DNA of 64,000 bases from Octopus sinensis (lineage: Eukaryota): assembly GCF_006345805.1 (NCBI RefSeq), contig NC_043003.1, positions 25,482,001-25,546,000 of the forward strand, given 5' to 3'. Positions 36,668 to 51,190 of the stretch are shown here, piece after piece. The translations under genes were made by a program, and so were the position numbers. The notes under the pieces were generated by a model. It worked only from the letters and a program-made list of their open reading frames with translations, was not told where the DNA came from and did not search any database. The stretch's first letter is position 1. The number at the start of each line of letters is the position of its first letter.

Positions 36668-39600
36668 CTAAAAAAGGAAAAGGAAAAAAACAATTCAGTA
36701 AATTTTTAACAACAAAACATTTTCACAAACTTAGCGTTGTTTTTTTAAGGCATGGAAAAACATTAACAGCATTGTAATCTGTGATCCAGCAGATCCAGTT
36801 AAGACAAGGTCCATGTATGACCAATTGATTAAATACATATATAAAAAGCAGTTACAGTGTTAAAGGCAGCACATCAGAGACGCATGCCATCAACACTTGC
36901 AGGTATATTCTATGGAGAGCTAGAGATTGGAAGAAGACTAACAGGCTGTCCCATCTGCATTATAAAGATTTCTACAAGAGAGGCACACACCAATTGCTGA
37001 AAGGCTGTTACAGCTAACTGCATGAAGTAGAAACACATTGCACCAACACCTCAAGTTAGGGTAATAGAAACTGACAGACTTTGCAGTAAGCAAAGAAGGT
37101 TCACAGAAGGCTACAACACAGGTACACTTGAAACTATATACAAATAACCATGGTCAGCCCTGCCAAAGGAGGCCTAAATAAGGTAACAAACAAGGTATCA
37201 CCTGCATAGTAATCAAACATGTTAGAAATAGTTAAATATTTCTAAGACTACAACCTACTGTCCTAACACTGCTCCAAAAAATATAAAAAGAGGAAGGTAA
37301 ATGTAGTCTCAAATACACTGTGGCTGAATGAAAATATAAGATCACAACTGTTTAATTAGAACTGACCTGGGATTATAACACAAAACACTCCATATTGAAG
37401 ACTATATAAAATATTTGTGCAAAATGGCTAGGAACATGGTATTTTTTAATGAAACAAAAAATGTGTATAAAAACTCGCATGCTAACAGCTGATGAAATAC
37501 AAATTAAAACTATGCCTATCACAAAAGTATATGATACAAAGGCAAATAAAAGTAGACTAAATCCAAAAACAGCTGATGGCTTCCCACTATCAATGTTTCA
37601 ATCAGCATAATAAGAAAATATATGAAAAAAGAAAGTCTATCAGCAGGGCACCTGTTATATATTATGAGTATATACAAGAGCAAGTATGATTGAGTGGTCT
37701 AAAAGATTGCTTCACAACCATATGGTTTTAAATTTAATTCTGTGACAACTTGGGTGTCTTCTTTGCAAGTTGGCCAATGCATTGTTAGTGGTATTCAGTA
37801 AATAAAAACTAAAAGGAAATCTATTACACAGAAAGAGAAGGGAGGATAGATATGTATGTGTGAAACAATGAAACCAGTGACATTTATGTCCAACAGATTT
37901 ACATGTGAAAACTAGTAGAAAAAGTACCTTACAGGGAAGGGGAAATGCTAATATAAAAAAAAAAGGGACATCCAGCCATGGAGTACTGCTTCAAGAAGTA
38001 AATTCATCTAATCCATACCAGCATGGAAAAGCTGAGTGTCATAACCAAAAAACCCCGTTGTTGAAATACCAAACACACACTATGGTTGCAATGGCTCTAC
38101 TGTATAAGGAATATAATGCTGGATTACCGATGAAGTATTCAGACCTGCTGCCATATGCTTTGCTCTTGGTAAGGTATTGAAATTTATGTTATCTCAGATC
38201 ATTCAGCTGTTGTGTATAAGGGGAAAATTCTTCTTGAGTCACATAGCCTAACTAAAACCTAATATTGATCAAATTCCTTTGGATCTTTGAGATTCAAGAA
38301 AGAGTTAACTAGCAAGTGGGATGTTACAAGAAAGAGGAGTATATTATGCATACATGCAATGCATCAGCATGACACTTATATTAGCAATATGAGGTAACCC
38401 AGGCAGAGGAAAATGTGATGATATCATATTTCAGGATTCTGATCACGAAGGATTGTATGGATGGAAAAATATACATTACAATAGACACAGTGTTGAAAGG
38501 GAAGAAAACAAAAACCAAAAAACATTAAAACAATGACTATGGAAGTGCCAGTGAGACACGGCTAGTGTTATGAATACAGCATACAATTTTGCTTGAATAT
38601 CCAAACACCATCAAAACAACTGTTTCCACAGAATTACTTTAGCTTGATCATTGTAACACATATCAATAAAGCAGTCTACAGCAGAAAGTATAAATCAAAC
38701 AAATATGACATGTAAAACAAGTTCCTGTTTACACAGATATTTTACATGCATGTATATTTACTAGGACCAACTCGACCAACAACCTTCAGCATTCTAAAAT
38801 GAAATCAATTCTACATTACTGATATTCATTAGAGGCACAACTATGTCTGTGTAGTAAGAAATTTGCTTCTTTGCATGGGTTTAGGTTTTGGCACCTTGAA
38901 CAAGTGTCTTTTACTATAGCTCCCTGCTGACCAAAGCCCTGTGAATGAATTTGGTAGATGGAAACTAAAATGCCCATTGCATACTGCTCCATGTGATAGT
39001 TGCAAACAAATGACACTATGGTGCAAGCAGCGTTCTTTGCTTACCTTCTGTAAAAACCTATCAGGCTGGTGGGGGTTGGGAAATATTACCTTGCTTGGAA
39101 ACAGGTTCAGAGCTGGCAGCAAGAAGGGTATTTGGCTGCAGAAAAATCCACCTCAACAAATTCCATCTGACCCATGCAAGCAAGGATAAGTGAACGTTAA
39201 AAGATGCTGCTGCTGATGACGATGACAGAATTGATAAATATACTAGTAATAAACTAAGACCAACGCAGCCACTCTCCACATGCAAAACTATTTTCTGCTT
39301 AGTCATAAATCAATTATTGCTATGAATTGACGCAATGATGTAATGATTAAGACAACACCTGGCACTAAGTTTCATACATATTTGTGTTTAGCTGCAAGAG
39401 ATTTTGTTTTGACCTTGGGCAAGATGTTTTATTTATATATATATATTTTAGTCACGTAGGAATATAGGGTCTTTGAGACTGGTGAGTGGGAGTGAGGGAG
39501 GAATGTACTCTCAAACCATAGACTGTGCTTGAATGCTTACAAGCTTACAACATGGTGGGCTTTGCCAAAGCCAACCAAGGTGCTTGGTGGTGGTGTTAAA

Positions 39601-41622
39601 CAAGGCAACATATTAACCAAGTAGGTCATGGGGTGGAATTTTAACCCAGAACAAATACCACAAGGTACTAAACCTGACGTTCTCACAGTTCTGTCAATTC
39701 ACTACCCCAGATTAATGTACTTTTCTTTTTTTCAATTCTGAAAGGACGAAAAGGCAAAATTGACCCTAGCAGGATTTGAACTCTGAGCACATATGGTCAG
39801 AACAAATACCACAAAGATTTCTATCCAGCACACATGACTATCAATTCACCAAGTATTATCTCCAATAGTACATCTGCAAATTGGGGGGAAATGCTAAACT
39901 GACAGTACTGTCCTATGCTCTTTAAGCTTTTAGTTCAAATAACACATGAAAATAAGTACCACCAACTGAACCCTTCCATTACAAATACTGACCTGGTCAA
40001 AAGAAGCCATCATTACTAAGGGATCAACTTTGCCTTTATAAGGGTTAATAGCTGATAAAATAAATACGAATCAACTACAGAAACCTCTTAAATTGATCAA
40101 TATCTTTCCAACAAAACACTGATAGTAACTGAAATAATTAGTCAAAATTATTGGTTTTAGGCCCTGGTTAAATTTTCGTCTGTCTTCAATACCTCTCCCC
40201 AGGGGCACAAGTGCCATAACCCTGCTTTCTCACTCCATTAATGGGATAGCCTGCACACACACAAATTCAAGTAGTTCTACTACTACTACCACCACCACCC
40301 ACAGATGAGCAAATAAGTTTACAATTCACTCTCAGCTGAAATAGCTTTTACTCATCATAATGCCCTTGGGAAAGGCATGAATGTTACACCTTCCTGGATC
40401 CTTTTTAAGAAACTGTTACAGAAATACTAATTTAAATATTTCCCAGAAACAACTGCCAGTAGTTTTAGGCTACCATATGGCTTAGTTTATGAACAACAAA
40501 AAAATGCAGTGTCAGCATACTATCACAACAGTCCTAGTATGTTCCTATACTGCTATATATATATGTATATTTCTACACTGATGCACACAGGGAGATTGGT
40601 TGCTATTTCTAGCACATAAAAAATAACAAAGCATCTTAAATATAAAGAAAAATAAATGCCATGCTATTCTCACCTATTTATTACGTTTTTTTAAATACTG
40701 GGAAACACCTAATTTGCGTGTGTGTGTATCTGAAATGCGTTATAATAGCCTAGGCAAGGTATGGATAACTGAAAACACAAGCAGCCAAACAGCCAACATG
40801 TACAGCAGCTATTACTGATAGCAGAGTGTGTGTATGTGTGAAACAATGATCAAACAGCTGCCACAAATAGCTTGCGGGGTTCCTGTAGGGATATACAAGT
40901 AAGGTGTGTGTACATGTGCATAGATGTGAAGATTGAATATGTGTACAGCTACATGTATATGCAAGCAAGTACAAGTGTGTGTAATTGTTATTGAAATTTA
41001 ACACTTAGTAAGAAGGTTTGATTAAACAGGCATATATTCATTCATACAATTTAAACATGTCATTTTGTATTTAAGGACCAGCATTATCTAATGTACCTTG
41101 TAAAGCAGGATTTGAGGAAGATTTGAATGTTGTTTTGAGCAACCACACAGAGGATCTGCTACTGCCTCACAGAATAGGTTATCAGTCCAGCCACATGATA
41201 TCTGTGAGATGTTCCGCTGTATTATTAGAGCCAATTTAAAATAACTGATACTTGTTATTACTTCCTCCTTTTCCATATCAGCACGAGTCAGATGGAATTC
41301 ATTGAGGCAGATGTCCTTTCTGCAGCAAACCATCACCTGCTCCCAAGCATGGTAATATTTCCCCATTGCCAGACATGCTTTCACAGAAGATTGAAAGTGA
41401 AGGATATGCTCATACGATAGCCATGCTCATTCACGACTATCATGCAATGTCAAAACAAGGAGATACTAATACACAACATGATTCTTTCAGTTTCCATACT
41501 CACAAGGCTTTGCTCAGCTCAGGGGTATAGAAAATAAAGCGGGATAGAACCTGAAACCATGTGGCTGGGAAGTAAATTTTTCAGCCACACAGATATGCTT
41601 GTGGCAGTGATAGTAGTTGTAT

Positions 41623-41847
41623 TTAACCCTTTTGATACCAACCTGCCTGAGACCACTCATAGTTAGTTCTATGTTACAGGCATCCTCTTTGAAAACCATC
41701 TCAACTGAAACCATATCAAAACTTCCATGTTTTCCCAATACCAGTTTAATAATGACAAAATTATTTCATTAAAGTTTTTATTATTTCCAAAACTGATTGA
41801 AACAAAGGCAGTGTATTTCAACAGAAAAACAGTAACAAAAGAGTTAA
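41623..41847 (+). mobile_element. MITE family 2, both ends present
   Basis: ttaacccttttgataccaacctgcctgagacc ... gtaacaaaagagttaa. Confidence 0.82.
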
Positions 41848-42612
41848 TTAGTTAATATTTTATATCACATTTCGTGAACAATAGCATTCTTAATCAGGTT
41901 CTCCAATGAGTCAATCATTAGTTTACAACAGTTCTTATGGAAAGTGACAAAAGATTGTCAGTGTGCCTTGGGAATATATACCATGCTATTTTTATATTAT
42001 CCTGGTCTTTACATGTTTCGCATATCAACATTGAGATATATACACACACACACATAAAATGACTAAGCTGTAACACCTGCCAATTTAGAATCTCATAACC
42101 TAAGGAGACTCAGATAAAGACCCAACTCATTTCTGTCAATGATAATGATGAAGCATAACTACAGTCCTATATTCATAAGACCAATTACAAATAAAGTTTG
42201 GACACCATGATTTCATATCAGTATAATGCATAACCAAGAAGAACACACATGCACACTGAAAAGACAATATGGTTATCCATGTGAAGGAAAAGAATTAAAG
42301 CTTACATATACATTAACAAGCAAAGTAGCTCATTAACAAAAAGGTGGCTAACAATGTGCTTCACACTCAATATATATTGCAAGAGGAGAGAGAACTCCCT
42401 ACTATCCCAGCTATCGAGACCATCAGACCATGCAGTTTCAACCTTATTATGGTCATCTTTGGTGATGGACATTCTTCTGCTAGACAAATAGTTCACCCCA
42501 GCTTGCAATATATAGAAAATAAGTGACACACAGTCACTGATTTTGCAGCAAGTAAATTAGCTCATTAAAAAAATCTCTATAAGAGACAAAAACAGTATCT
42601 ATACTGAGAAGA

Positions 42613-42813
42613 AATGTTAATTGCCATCTAAACATGGGTGTTCTCTAAGAATGGATAACACTGCTATTTTAACTCCAGGAAGACACCTCCTCCTTTGCAA
42701 TATATAGATGCAAAGTGCACCAGCAACCAGCTGGAGGAGGCATCCTCTTGAGGCGAAAATAGCAGTATTGTCTGTTCTTAGAAAACACTCATGTTTAGAT
42801 GGCAATAAACATT
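42613..42813. repeat. Imperfect palindrome / hairpin element with arms of about 80 bp
   Basis: Left arm aatgttaattgccatctaaacatgggtgttctctaagaa...cctcctcc matches the reverse complement of the right arm ggaggagg...ttcttagaaaacactcatgtttagatggcaataaacatt. Confidence 0.9.
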
Positions 42814-45017
42814 ACTATATATAATTTAACCTCCACTTTTCCATAGGTCAGACAGAATTTGTTGAGGCAAATTTTTCATGGTTGAATGTCGTTCCTGCAG
42901 CCAATTCTGACGTGTTTCCAAGCAAGATATTTCCCATGGCCAGACATGTTTTCCTTGGAAGATTGAAAACAAACAATATTGTCTGTATGACGGTTGAATA
43001 TCAGGACAAGAGTACAAACACATTATATATATATGCCACACAGTGGGACTGAATCCAAGATATGGTTGGAAAGGAAACTTTTTAACTATGTACCCACACT
43101 AGCACATCAATATTTTACAAGCATGTCCTGGGTAGATTATTTGAACAGTTGTTTTTATAGCTTGATGTCTTTTCTATTGCTAATCATTCAATCACAAAAA
43201 CAGAATGGAGCATGGTTTTTGTTTAGTTGGCACAACATATCTTAAGACTATGTGATCATTTTGTAACCCATATTTAAACCTTGTTTTTACATGAAATGGT
43301 AGTACTGATGGCCATAAGGCCAAACTATTTCAGATCATCTTGTGCACCATTTAAGATAGGACAGTCATTTCAGCTAAACATACACCATTTCACATACAGA
43401 CTGCTTTACAGTAAGAAGTGTGATCACCTACAACAAAATTGCTAACAATATGATCAAAATTTAAGACTGGAAAACAAATATACAATCATAACAGTATAGT
43501 AAAGAGAGTTTCTTTGCCCGGCCCACCTAACAGCCAGATCAACCAGTGTGATGTTTCTTGTGGTTGAGTGGCTTCCAAACACAAATTTCATCAATCATCA
43601 TCCACTTAATATCCACTTCTCCATGCTTGCATGGGTTGGATGTAATTCATTGATGCAGATTTTCTAAGGCTGGGTGCCCTTCCTGTCGATGACCCTCACC
43701 CATTTCCAAGTAAAGTAATATTCTCCCATGGCTAAACGTGTTTCCATGGAAGACTAGAAATACAGTCACTGCTTGTATGATGATGATCATTGACAAGTAT
43801 CACAAAATATCAAAATAAGACACTAATTCACACAAACATATGGCAGGCTTCAGTCAGCCTGGGACTACAGTTAAAGACACTTGCCGAAGGTGCTACACAG
43901 TGGGACCTGAAGCCATAGTTGGGGAAGGCTACTTCTTATACAGCCATACCTGTGCCTAATTTCTGCACATTAATTATACACATGATCTTATTTTTAATAT
44001 GTTCTACTCGTTAGATTGTAGCCATGCTGGGGCACTGCCTTGAAGAATTTTAGTCAAATGAATTGACTTCAGTGCTTTTTTCTAAAAAGCCCAATACCCT
44101 ATCAGTATATTTTGCTGAAGCACTATGTTACAGAGATGAAAACACACCAGCACCAGGTGTCAAGCAATGGTGGGGCACAAACAAATTCAAAGACACATCA
44201 GATCATCATCATCATTTAGCGTCCGTTTTAAATGATGATGATCTGCATGTGTCTTTGAATACAGATATGCATATATATATATGACAGGTTTCTTTCAGTT
44301 TCCACCAACCAAATCCACACACAAGGCTTTGGTTGGCCCAAGGCTGTAGTAGAAGACACTTGCCCAAGTTGCCATGTAGGGCGACTGAACCCTGAACCAC
44401 ATGGTTGGGAAACAAACTTCTTACCACACAGCCTCACCTACATATAAAAACTTCAATTAATTTGGCCTGGAAGAAGGTGTTTTGCAGCCAATGATTGCAA
44501 GAAAAATGAGCTGAAAGAAATTCCAGAGAGTTGACATTCTGAAAAGAAATGACTAGATGTAGTGGTTAGAGGAGTACCAGTGGGATTGAACACAATGTGG
44601 GTGATAGGAAGAGGAGAGATGAATGAATGTCAGAGTAGAGACCAATCAGCAATGGGGAGTGGGGGCCAACTGTAGTTATGGCAGAAATGAAACAACACAT
44701 CTGTGGGCCAGAGTGTTTACAAGTGACTGCAACATTAATTACAGATGAAAGATCTTAATTTTGAAGGCACAACATAGCTCGACTAAACTGAAATAAGAAT
44801 GCTAATTTGTAGTATAGCATTGCCTCATTTCAAATGCGTAGACTCTTTGCTTAAATTTTAATTCCAGCATGATATTTGAATACAAGGAAAAACTGTATGT
44901 ATGCCTTCAACAATCTTAACCTGGCTCTTTGATAAAAATATATAAATATAAAAAATAAAAATAGCCAATATAAAATCATTTTTGGATAAATGAAAATATG
45001 GTTGGGCAAATTGTTCT

Positions 45018-45220
45018 TTAACCCAGCCATATCCAACCCAAATATTCAACCAGTTTTAAGCCAGCTGGTTCTGGCCTCTCACACCTATCCTGCAATGTCA
45101 TTCTCATAATATAATCACCTCACTGAAATCTTGATGCTACAATATAATGCACGATTAATTCAAAACAATGTGAATAAATAAGCATTACATTTGACAGTAA
45201 TCTGAGTGCTAAAGGGTTAA
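45018..45220 (-). mobile_element. MITE family 1, inverted
   Basis: ttaaccc ... gacagtaatctgagtgctaaagggttaa, with TTAA at both ends. Confidence 0.8.
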
Positions 45221-46086
45221 ATGTTACTAATTCATATATTTGGAAATAGGGTGGGGAGAGCCCCAGTATGCACAGCACAGTGGTGGGTATTAGGAAGGGC
45301 AACAGTCGTAGAAACTATGCCAAAGTAGACAGTGGAACATGATGTAGCCCTTAGACCTGCCACATCCTGTCAAACTGCTCACCCTTTGCCAGCAAGGATC
45401 ATGGGTGTAAAATATAAGGATGTCGACAAATTTTTAAAATATATCTCAGTATTTAAATAGGTACACCATGTCTTTTATATACTGTTGGAAGCTATTAAAA
45501 GGGTTTTCAATAAAAAGGACACCTGGACATAAAACAGTTTTAGAAAACCTGTCCAACTCATTCATACCAACATGGAAAAGCAGACAGAATGATGACAACA
45601 ATGCAAATAATATTGTTTTCTACTCTAGGCACAAGGTCTGAAATTTTGGGGGAAGGGAGTCGATTAGATTGACCCCAAAAGGATGAAAGTCGACCTCGGT
45701 GGAATTTGAACTCAGTATGCAAAGGCAGACGAAATATCGCTAAGCATTTCACTCAACATGTTGAAGTTTCTGCCAGCTCACCGTCTAACAATGCAAATAA
45801 AACTAGTGACAGTAAAAGTGCATGTGTATCACTATCTAGACTTTTAAAACCATCAGATTTTAAAACATCAATATCCGATTCATATAAATTAAACATATGC
45901 TACACATAATTGTTATGCTTAGAGTGGAGTGGGGGTAGGTCCCAAGGACTGAGTCCATAATAGTTAATTATTTTTTTAAAATGCAAATGGTGTTAGCAGT
46001 TGCTCATTACAAGTTAAAAGTACACTTTTCCAAACAAGAATTATTACCAAATTACAAAGCAGTTTTAGATAAGGCTCAGAGTTTTC

Positions 46087-46912
46087 GGATCTTTTCCTTT
46101 TGAACAGCACATGTCAACACAATTTCTAGTTAACTAAACACTTTAAAACTTCGTATACTGGTAGAATGTGTCAAAATAAAACATTTTTTTCTCTTGGCTT
46201 TGAGAAAATTGTAATTTGTTTAACGTAGTTTAATTTTTCGAATTTTAACCAATGAATCGCCTCTAGGGAGCTAAAATCATTTGCTGCGTCTAAAACTGAG
46301 ACAACATCCTGGCACTAACCCTAACCCTAAATTTTTTTCTTAATTGTTAAATTAATTTAATTTTTACGCATGTAAAAAACAAAAGCAATGGAAAATAATT
46401 TAAACAATTAACAAACAAAATAATTCTATAATTTTATACACACGCTTTCGTATATGTACGTCTAAAACTGAGACAACACCCTCACCCTAACCCTAAATTT
46501 TTGCCTTTCGTAATTGTTAAATTAATTTAAGGATAACAATTAAGAAAAAAAAAATGAAAGGCTAAAATGAAAGCAATGGAAAATAATTTAAACAATTAAA
46601 CAAAATAATTCTATAATTTTATACACACGCTTTTCGTATATGTACGGAAAGTGTGTGTATAAAATTATAGAATTATTTTGTTTGTTAATTGTTTAAATTA
46701 TTTTCCATTGCTTTCATTTTAGCTCAATTAGAGGCGATTCATTGGTTAAAATTCGAAAAATTAAACTACGTTAAACAAACGAATACAATTTTATCAAGAA
46801 AGCCAAGAGAAAAAAATGTTTTATTTTGACACATTCTACTAGTATACAAAGTTTTAAAGTTTTAGTTAACTAGAAATTGTGTTGACATGTGCTGTTCAAA
46901 AGGAAAAGATCC
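46087..46912. mobile_element. Foldback-type palindromic element with long TIRs, internal tandem module and CCCTAA motifs
   Basis: 46087-46275 pairs with about 46722-46912. An inner palindrome is centred at 46640/46641. A module of about 175-185 bp is duplicated (46288-46459 and 46460-46645). agttttc flanks both ends. Confidence 0.92.
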
Positions 46913-49689
46913 CAGTTTTCTTCAGTCTCCTCATAAATAAAGCTCTACTGTCATTAATGTAAGCAGGTAGACATTAAGTTTATTCTACAAAAGCATTAAA
47001 ATGTAACCAAGTAGAATTTCACCATTCCATAATGTCAGTTAACTTTGTCTTATAATTTCCAAGTAGATCAGGGCATTGCAAGAGACCTTTAGATTGAAAC
47101 TGGGGAGAATATCATCGTAGGGGCTGTTACTGGATGGAAGGCTTAGTCAGCTAGCAATTACATTATCACCACCTGGCCCTTGGTTTTAGGGTAGGTCCAT
47201 GAGCCAGTGATAACTTCCCTTTACCAACAAACCTAGAAAGAGCCATGTGCATTCACCTCTTCTGAATCCTGTGTGTGTGTGTGTGTGTGTGTGCATGCAC
47301 ACACACACACACAACTTTTGTAGTATTTTAATTCAAAACAAGAGTCTGCTGTATTCAAAGAATTAAAAGGCTCAACACTAGAATCAACTATGAATAATAT
47401 AAAACAACAAAGGAACTCAAGTATTTGTTTGACTAACTATAAATAGCAGAATAGCGGTCAAATACACTCAACCACAATTTTGTTTTTTGTTTTGTAAGGT
47501 GACTCATAATTAAAAGTTTTCAAACTCCATTAGTGGTGCTGCAATAATTAAAACAAAAAATCCTGCCTAAAATAAAACTAAATGTACTGGCAAATCAAAT
47601 CATCAGAATTCTTTGAAAAGGAATTGGGTTGTATTTGATTAATAGACGAGTGACAAGAGGTGAACAAGAGACCACAAAGAAACAGGTTAACAACAAAGAC
47701 AGAGGAATGAAGTAAATAAATTTCATGAAAATTAAAAATCAGGAACTGAAAACTATTTAGCCATCAGTAGAAGAACAATGACTCGAATAATGCAACACAC
47801 AGACTGAGATTAAGAGTTAATGTTCAACTATTTCTTCAGCTAGAACAGCGCTTCAACCATTTTCTAGCTAACACCCTACCTTGATTTTCCAAGCACAAAA
47901 GTGTTACTGTGAAGGAAGCGAGGAGGGAGTGCATGTGTATGAATACAAAAATTTTTTTAATTAAAACTTTATTGCAAGTGTTATTTACTTGTGATCCATT
48001 CCGAAGTAACCTGTGTTTACAACTAACAAAAAGTACTGAACTACAGTAAAAGAAGTAATTTCTTCCTAAAATCCCTATATTCTAAGTCTTAAGGCACCTA
48101 AGTAAATGCTATAGAACTTAATACATTTCAAGAGATAAGGCTCATAAAAACAAAACATAACTGAAAGCAGTTGTCAAGTTATCGTTTGGATTTTAAAACT
48201 GCCACACTCTGAACAGAATGTTGAGGTATAGGGATGAAATTCTCAGAAGACAGAATCTAACATTTTTGATGTTAGGAAGGGCATGCAGCCATAGAAACCA
48301 TGCCCAAACAGACAATGGAACTTGACAAAGTCCCCAGACCTGTTGGATCCTGTCAAACCATCTTGCCATGTCAGCATGGAATATGGACACTAAATTATGG
48401 TGACGAGAAGGAGGATGATAGCACCCCACCTGAGATCACACCTAGCTCTATGAAACAAATTTCCTGTCCTAAAGTCATCTAAATTAAAACCTTACCTCAA
48501 AATTCCATGTTAATAACTTAGTTATTCAAATAAATTCTTCATTATTTTCAAAATTAATTTAATTAAAGGTCAAGTTTTAGTACAAATTCAATATTATTGG
48601 TTGTACACAAATTTCTTGTGACCTAAACAATTCTGGGGCTTTATACTTGTAACCAGAAGAAATAACATTTACAATATCTGAATAAAAAAGTTCTACAAGC
48701 TTAATCTTCCCCAAATCACACTAATTAATTCATACTTTGGGAGTGAAATTGGATAGACAGAAAATGTATAAAAGCTCACTGGCAGGATTGTGCCTGTACT
48801 CAAAAGGTACAATCTTGTCACATACAATGTTATGTTGATTATGCCAGATTCAGAAGAACTGATCAAATTGAATCCTCATCAGAAGAGATACACTACTACT
48901 AAACATTTCATCTATCAGGTAACCGTTATTTTGGTAGATACCAAAATCTTGTAATAGTCCATTATAGACTTGCAAGACCCATGGTAAGCAGAATGGAGAA
49001 TTATTTCTGGTCATGAAATAATTAAAATATATTCCATTCAAAATGCTTAATCTACAGAACAAAATAATCTTAAAGACATTTTTAACAGGTAATTCAGAGG
49101 AGGAACAGACTGGTAGCAGAAAATTATCTTCAAACTGGAATAAATTCTAGCTCAAATGCTTGTAACAATATGGATTCTACTAAAACCCCAAAGACTAGGT
49201 AGGGTGGAGTGAGTTGGATGTTATATTAAGTGATTAAATCCACGAAATGAAAGAAGAGTCTCTCTGGTGGGCTTCCACAGTTTCAATCAACACAGCTTGG
49301 CTTCACCCCAGATTTAGAGAATACCTGCCCAGAATATTGTTGCACAGAATATTGTTGCACAGTTGAAAAGCAAATTTAACACAGCATGCTTGTCTCAATG
49401 AAAACACTAAACACAAGAGGCAGTACAGCCAACTGGTCAGAGAAAATTTGAAATGAATTTTCAAGATAACTGTCTGAGAATTTGAATTCAAACACCATTA
49501 AAATATCTCACAACTTCTAACTTCTTTGTTTCAATAAGCTAATGAAAAAACCTCTATGACCAATTAACTAGCAAGAAATAGCAGTTAAACTACCCTCAAC
49601 CAACGTTTAAAAGAAACAAACTAGATGATATACTGTATATAGATAGGTATGTATTGTTCTGTTAGTTACAGTACTTTCACTGTAAATAG

Positions 49690-49881
49690 AATACATGGCC
49701 TTTCTCTCAATTTACAAAATAATGGAAAAATTAGATAAAACAATTGTCGTTATTATGGCTTTCGGAACATCAGCTACCATGAGATTTTGCTGGGAGGTTG
49801 TAACTGAGATTTCTCTGAAACAGAAAGTTTATATAATAGAACCTGAGACAGTTTCAGGCAGGCTTGTATCAAAAGGGTTAA
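49690..49881 (-). mobile_element. MITE family 2, inverted, partial
   Basis: Ends caggcaggcttgtatcaaaagggttaa. Confidence 0.7.
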
Positions 49882-50707
49882 TTCCACATAGATTTACTTG
49901 TTCAAAAATAATTTCCTTATATTAACAAAAAGACAATATAATCATGCCTATTATTGGTTGGTATTTATTTTATTAACAAGGGGTGGCAGGGACTAAATTA
50001 ACAACAGATGAATTATAGCAAGCTACTGTGAAACTGGATGCTATACAATTTCTGTTGTTGATGCCAATCTCTTATATTGACACTAGACTAAAAGTTTCTA
50101 AGGGTGGGGTACAAGCAATTGAACTGATCTCAGTACACCAATTCCTGAATGACAAAAGCCAACCACAGTCTTAGAGAGATTTTGAACTCAGAATGGTGGG
50201 TCACTCACTGTCCCTAATGATTTCTTAAATTAGTACAAAGACCATTCCATTATAGCAAAAGACAACAGGGTATTCAGAAAATGAGTAATAATGGGATTAC
50301 CAAAGAAATCAAGACTGTTCTTTGAATATGTCCTAAATGTATGCAAATTTCAACACTCAGGTCAGCAAAAAACAAACAAACAAAATCTATCAAAACAAAA
50401 CGTCTTCCATCCACAATCATACTATCTTTTTTTATGGAATATGTCACCCCCATCCAAATTATCCAACATGACCACGATAGGAGTATTATTGATAGACCAC
50501 CCTCATTATAGGATCTATTACTGACACCATATTTACACTTTATCCTTGGTTCATAAAATAGGTAAGAGTCAAGTCTTAAGATGACCAAATTTATTACAAG
50601 TGAAATTTGTGTTCAAACTGACCAGTCTAAATTTTTTTTTTATGAATTCATAAATTTTTCTCACATTACTTAAAAACAGTGCACCGACAGTAATCAGCCT
50701 AGCTTCT

Positions 50708-50937
50708 TGAACCCTTTAGCATTCAAGCTGGCCATATCTGACCTAAGTATTCCACCTGCTTTTATGATCAAACCAGCCCAGATCTGGTCTCTCACACCTA
50801 CTCTATAATATCATTCTAAAAATAAACAATCACATCACCGAAATCTCTTGGCTACCAATTAATGCATAATTAATTCAAAACAATGTGACTAAATAAACAT
50901 TACATTTAACAGAGTAATCTGAATACTAAAAGGTTAA
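50708..50937 (-). mobile_element. MITE family 1, inverted
   Basis: tgaaccctttagcattcaag ... agagtaatctgaatactaaaaggttaa. Confidence 0.8.
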
Positions 50938-51190
50938 TATTTAAATTTCAGCTCAAAAGAAACAACACAAAACAAAACTTCATTACAAGGCACATTCTGT
51001 GTTGGTTGTTCCAATAGGAATTAGACCAGAGATTAAAACAAATTTTGCTACACTGAAAAATTTGTTATGACAAAATTTCACTTGTAATAAATTAAGTTGA
51101 TCCCATTATATGATTGGTACATGTTTAATCAACTGAAGATGAGAAATAAGTATGGTATCAGTAAACCCCTATGATGAGAATGAACTAGAT

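Noticed and set aside
39045-39047. Possible 3-nt microexon (tttttacag|AAG|gtaagc) in the long intron
   Set aside because: The acceptor lies in a retroposon copy, with another AG about 11 nt upstream and only a short pyrimidine run.
46315-46496. CCCTAA repeats as an interstitial telomere or chromosome-healing site
   Set aside because: Only 2-3 units each, embedded at equivalent positions of a duplicated TE module.
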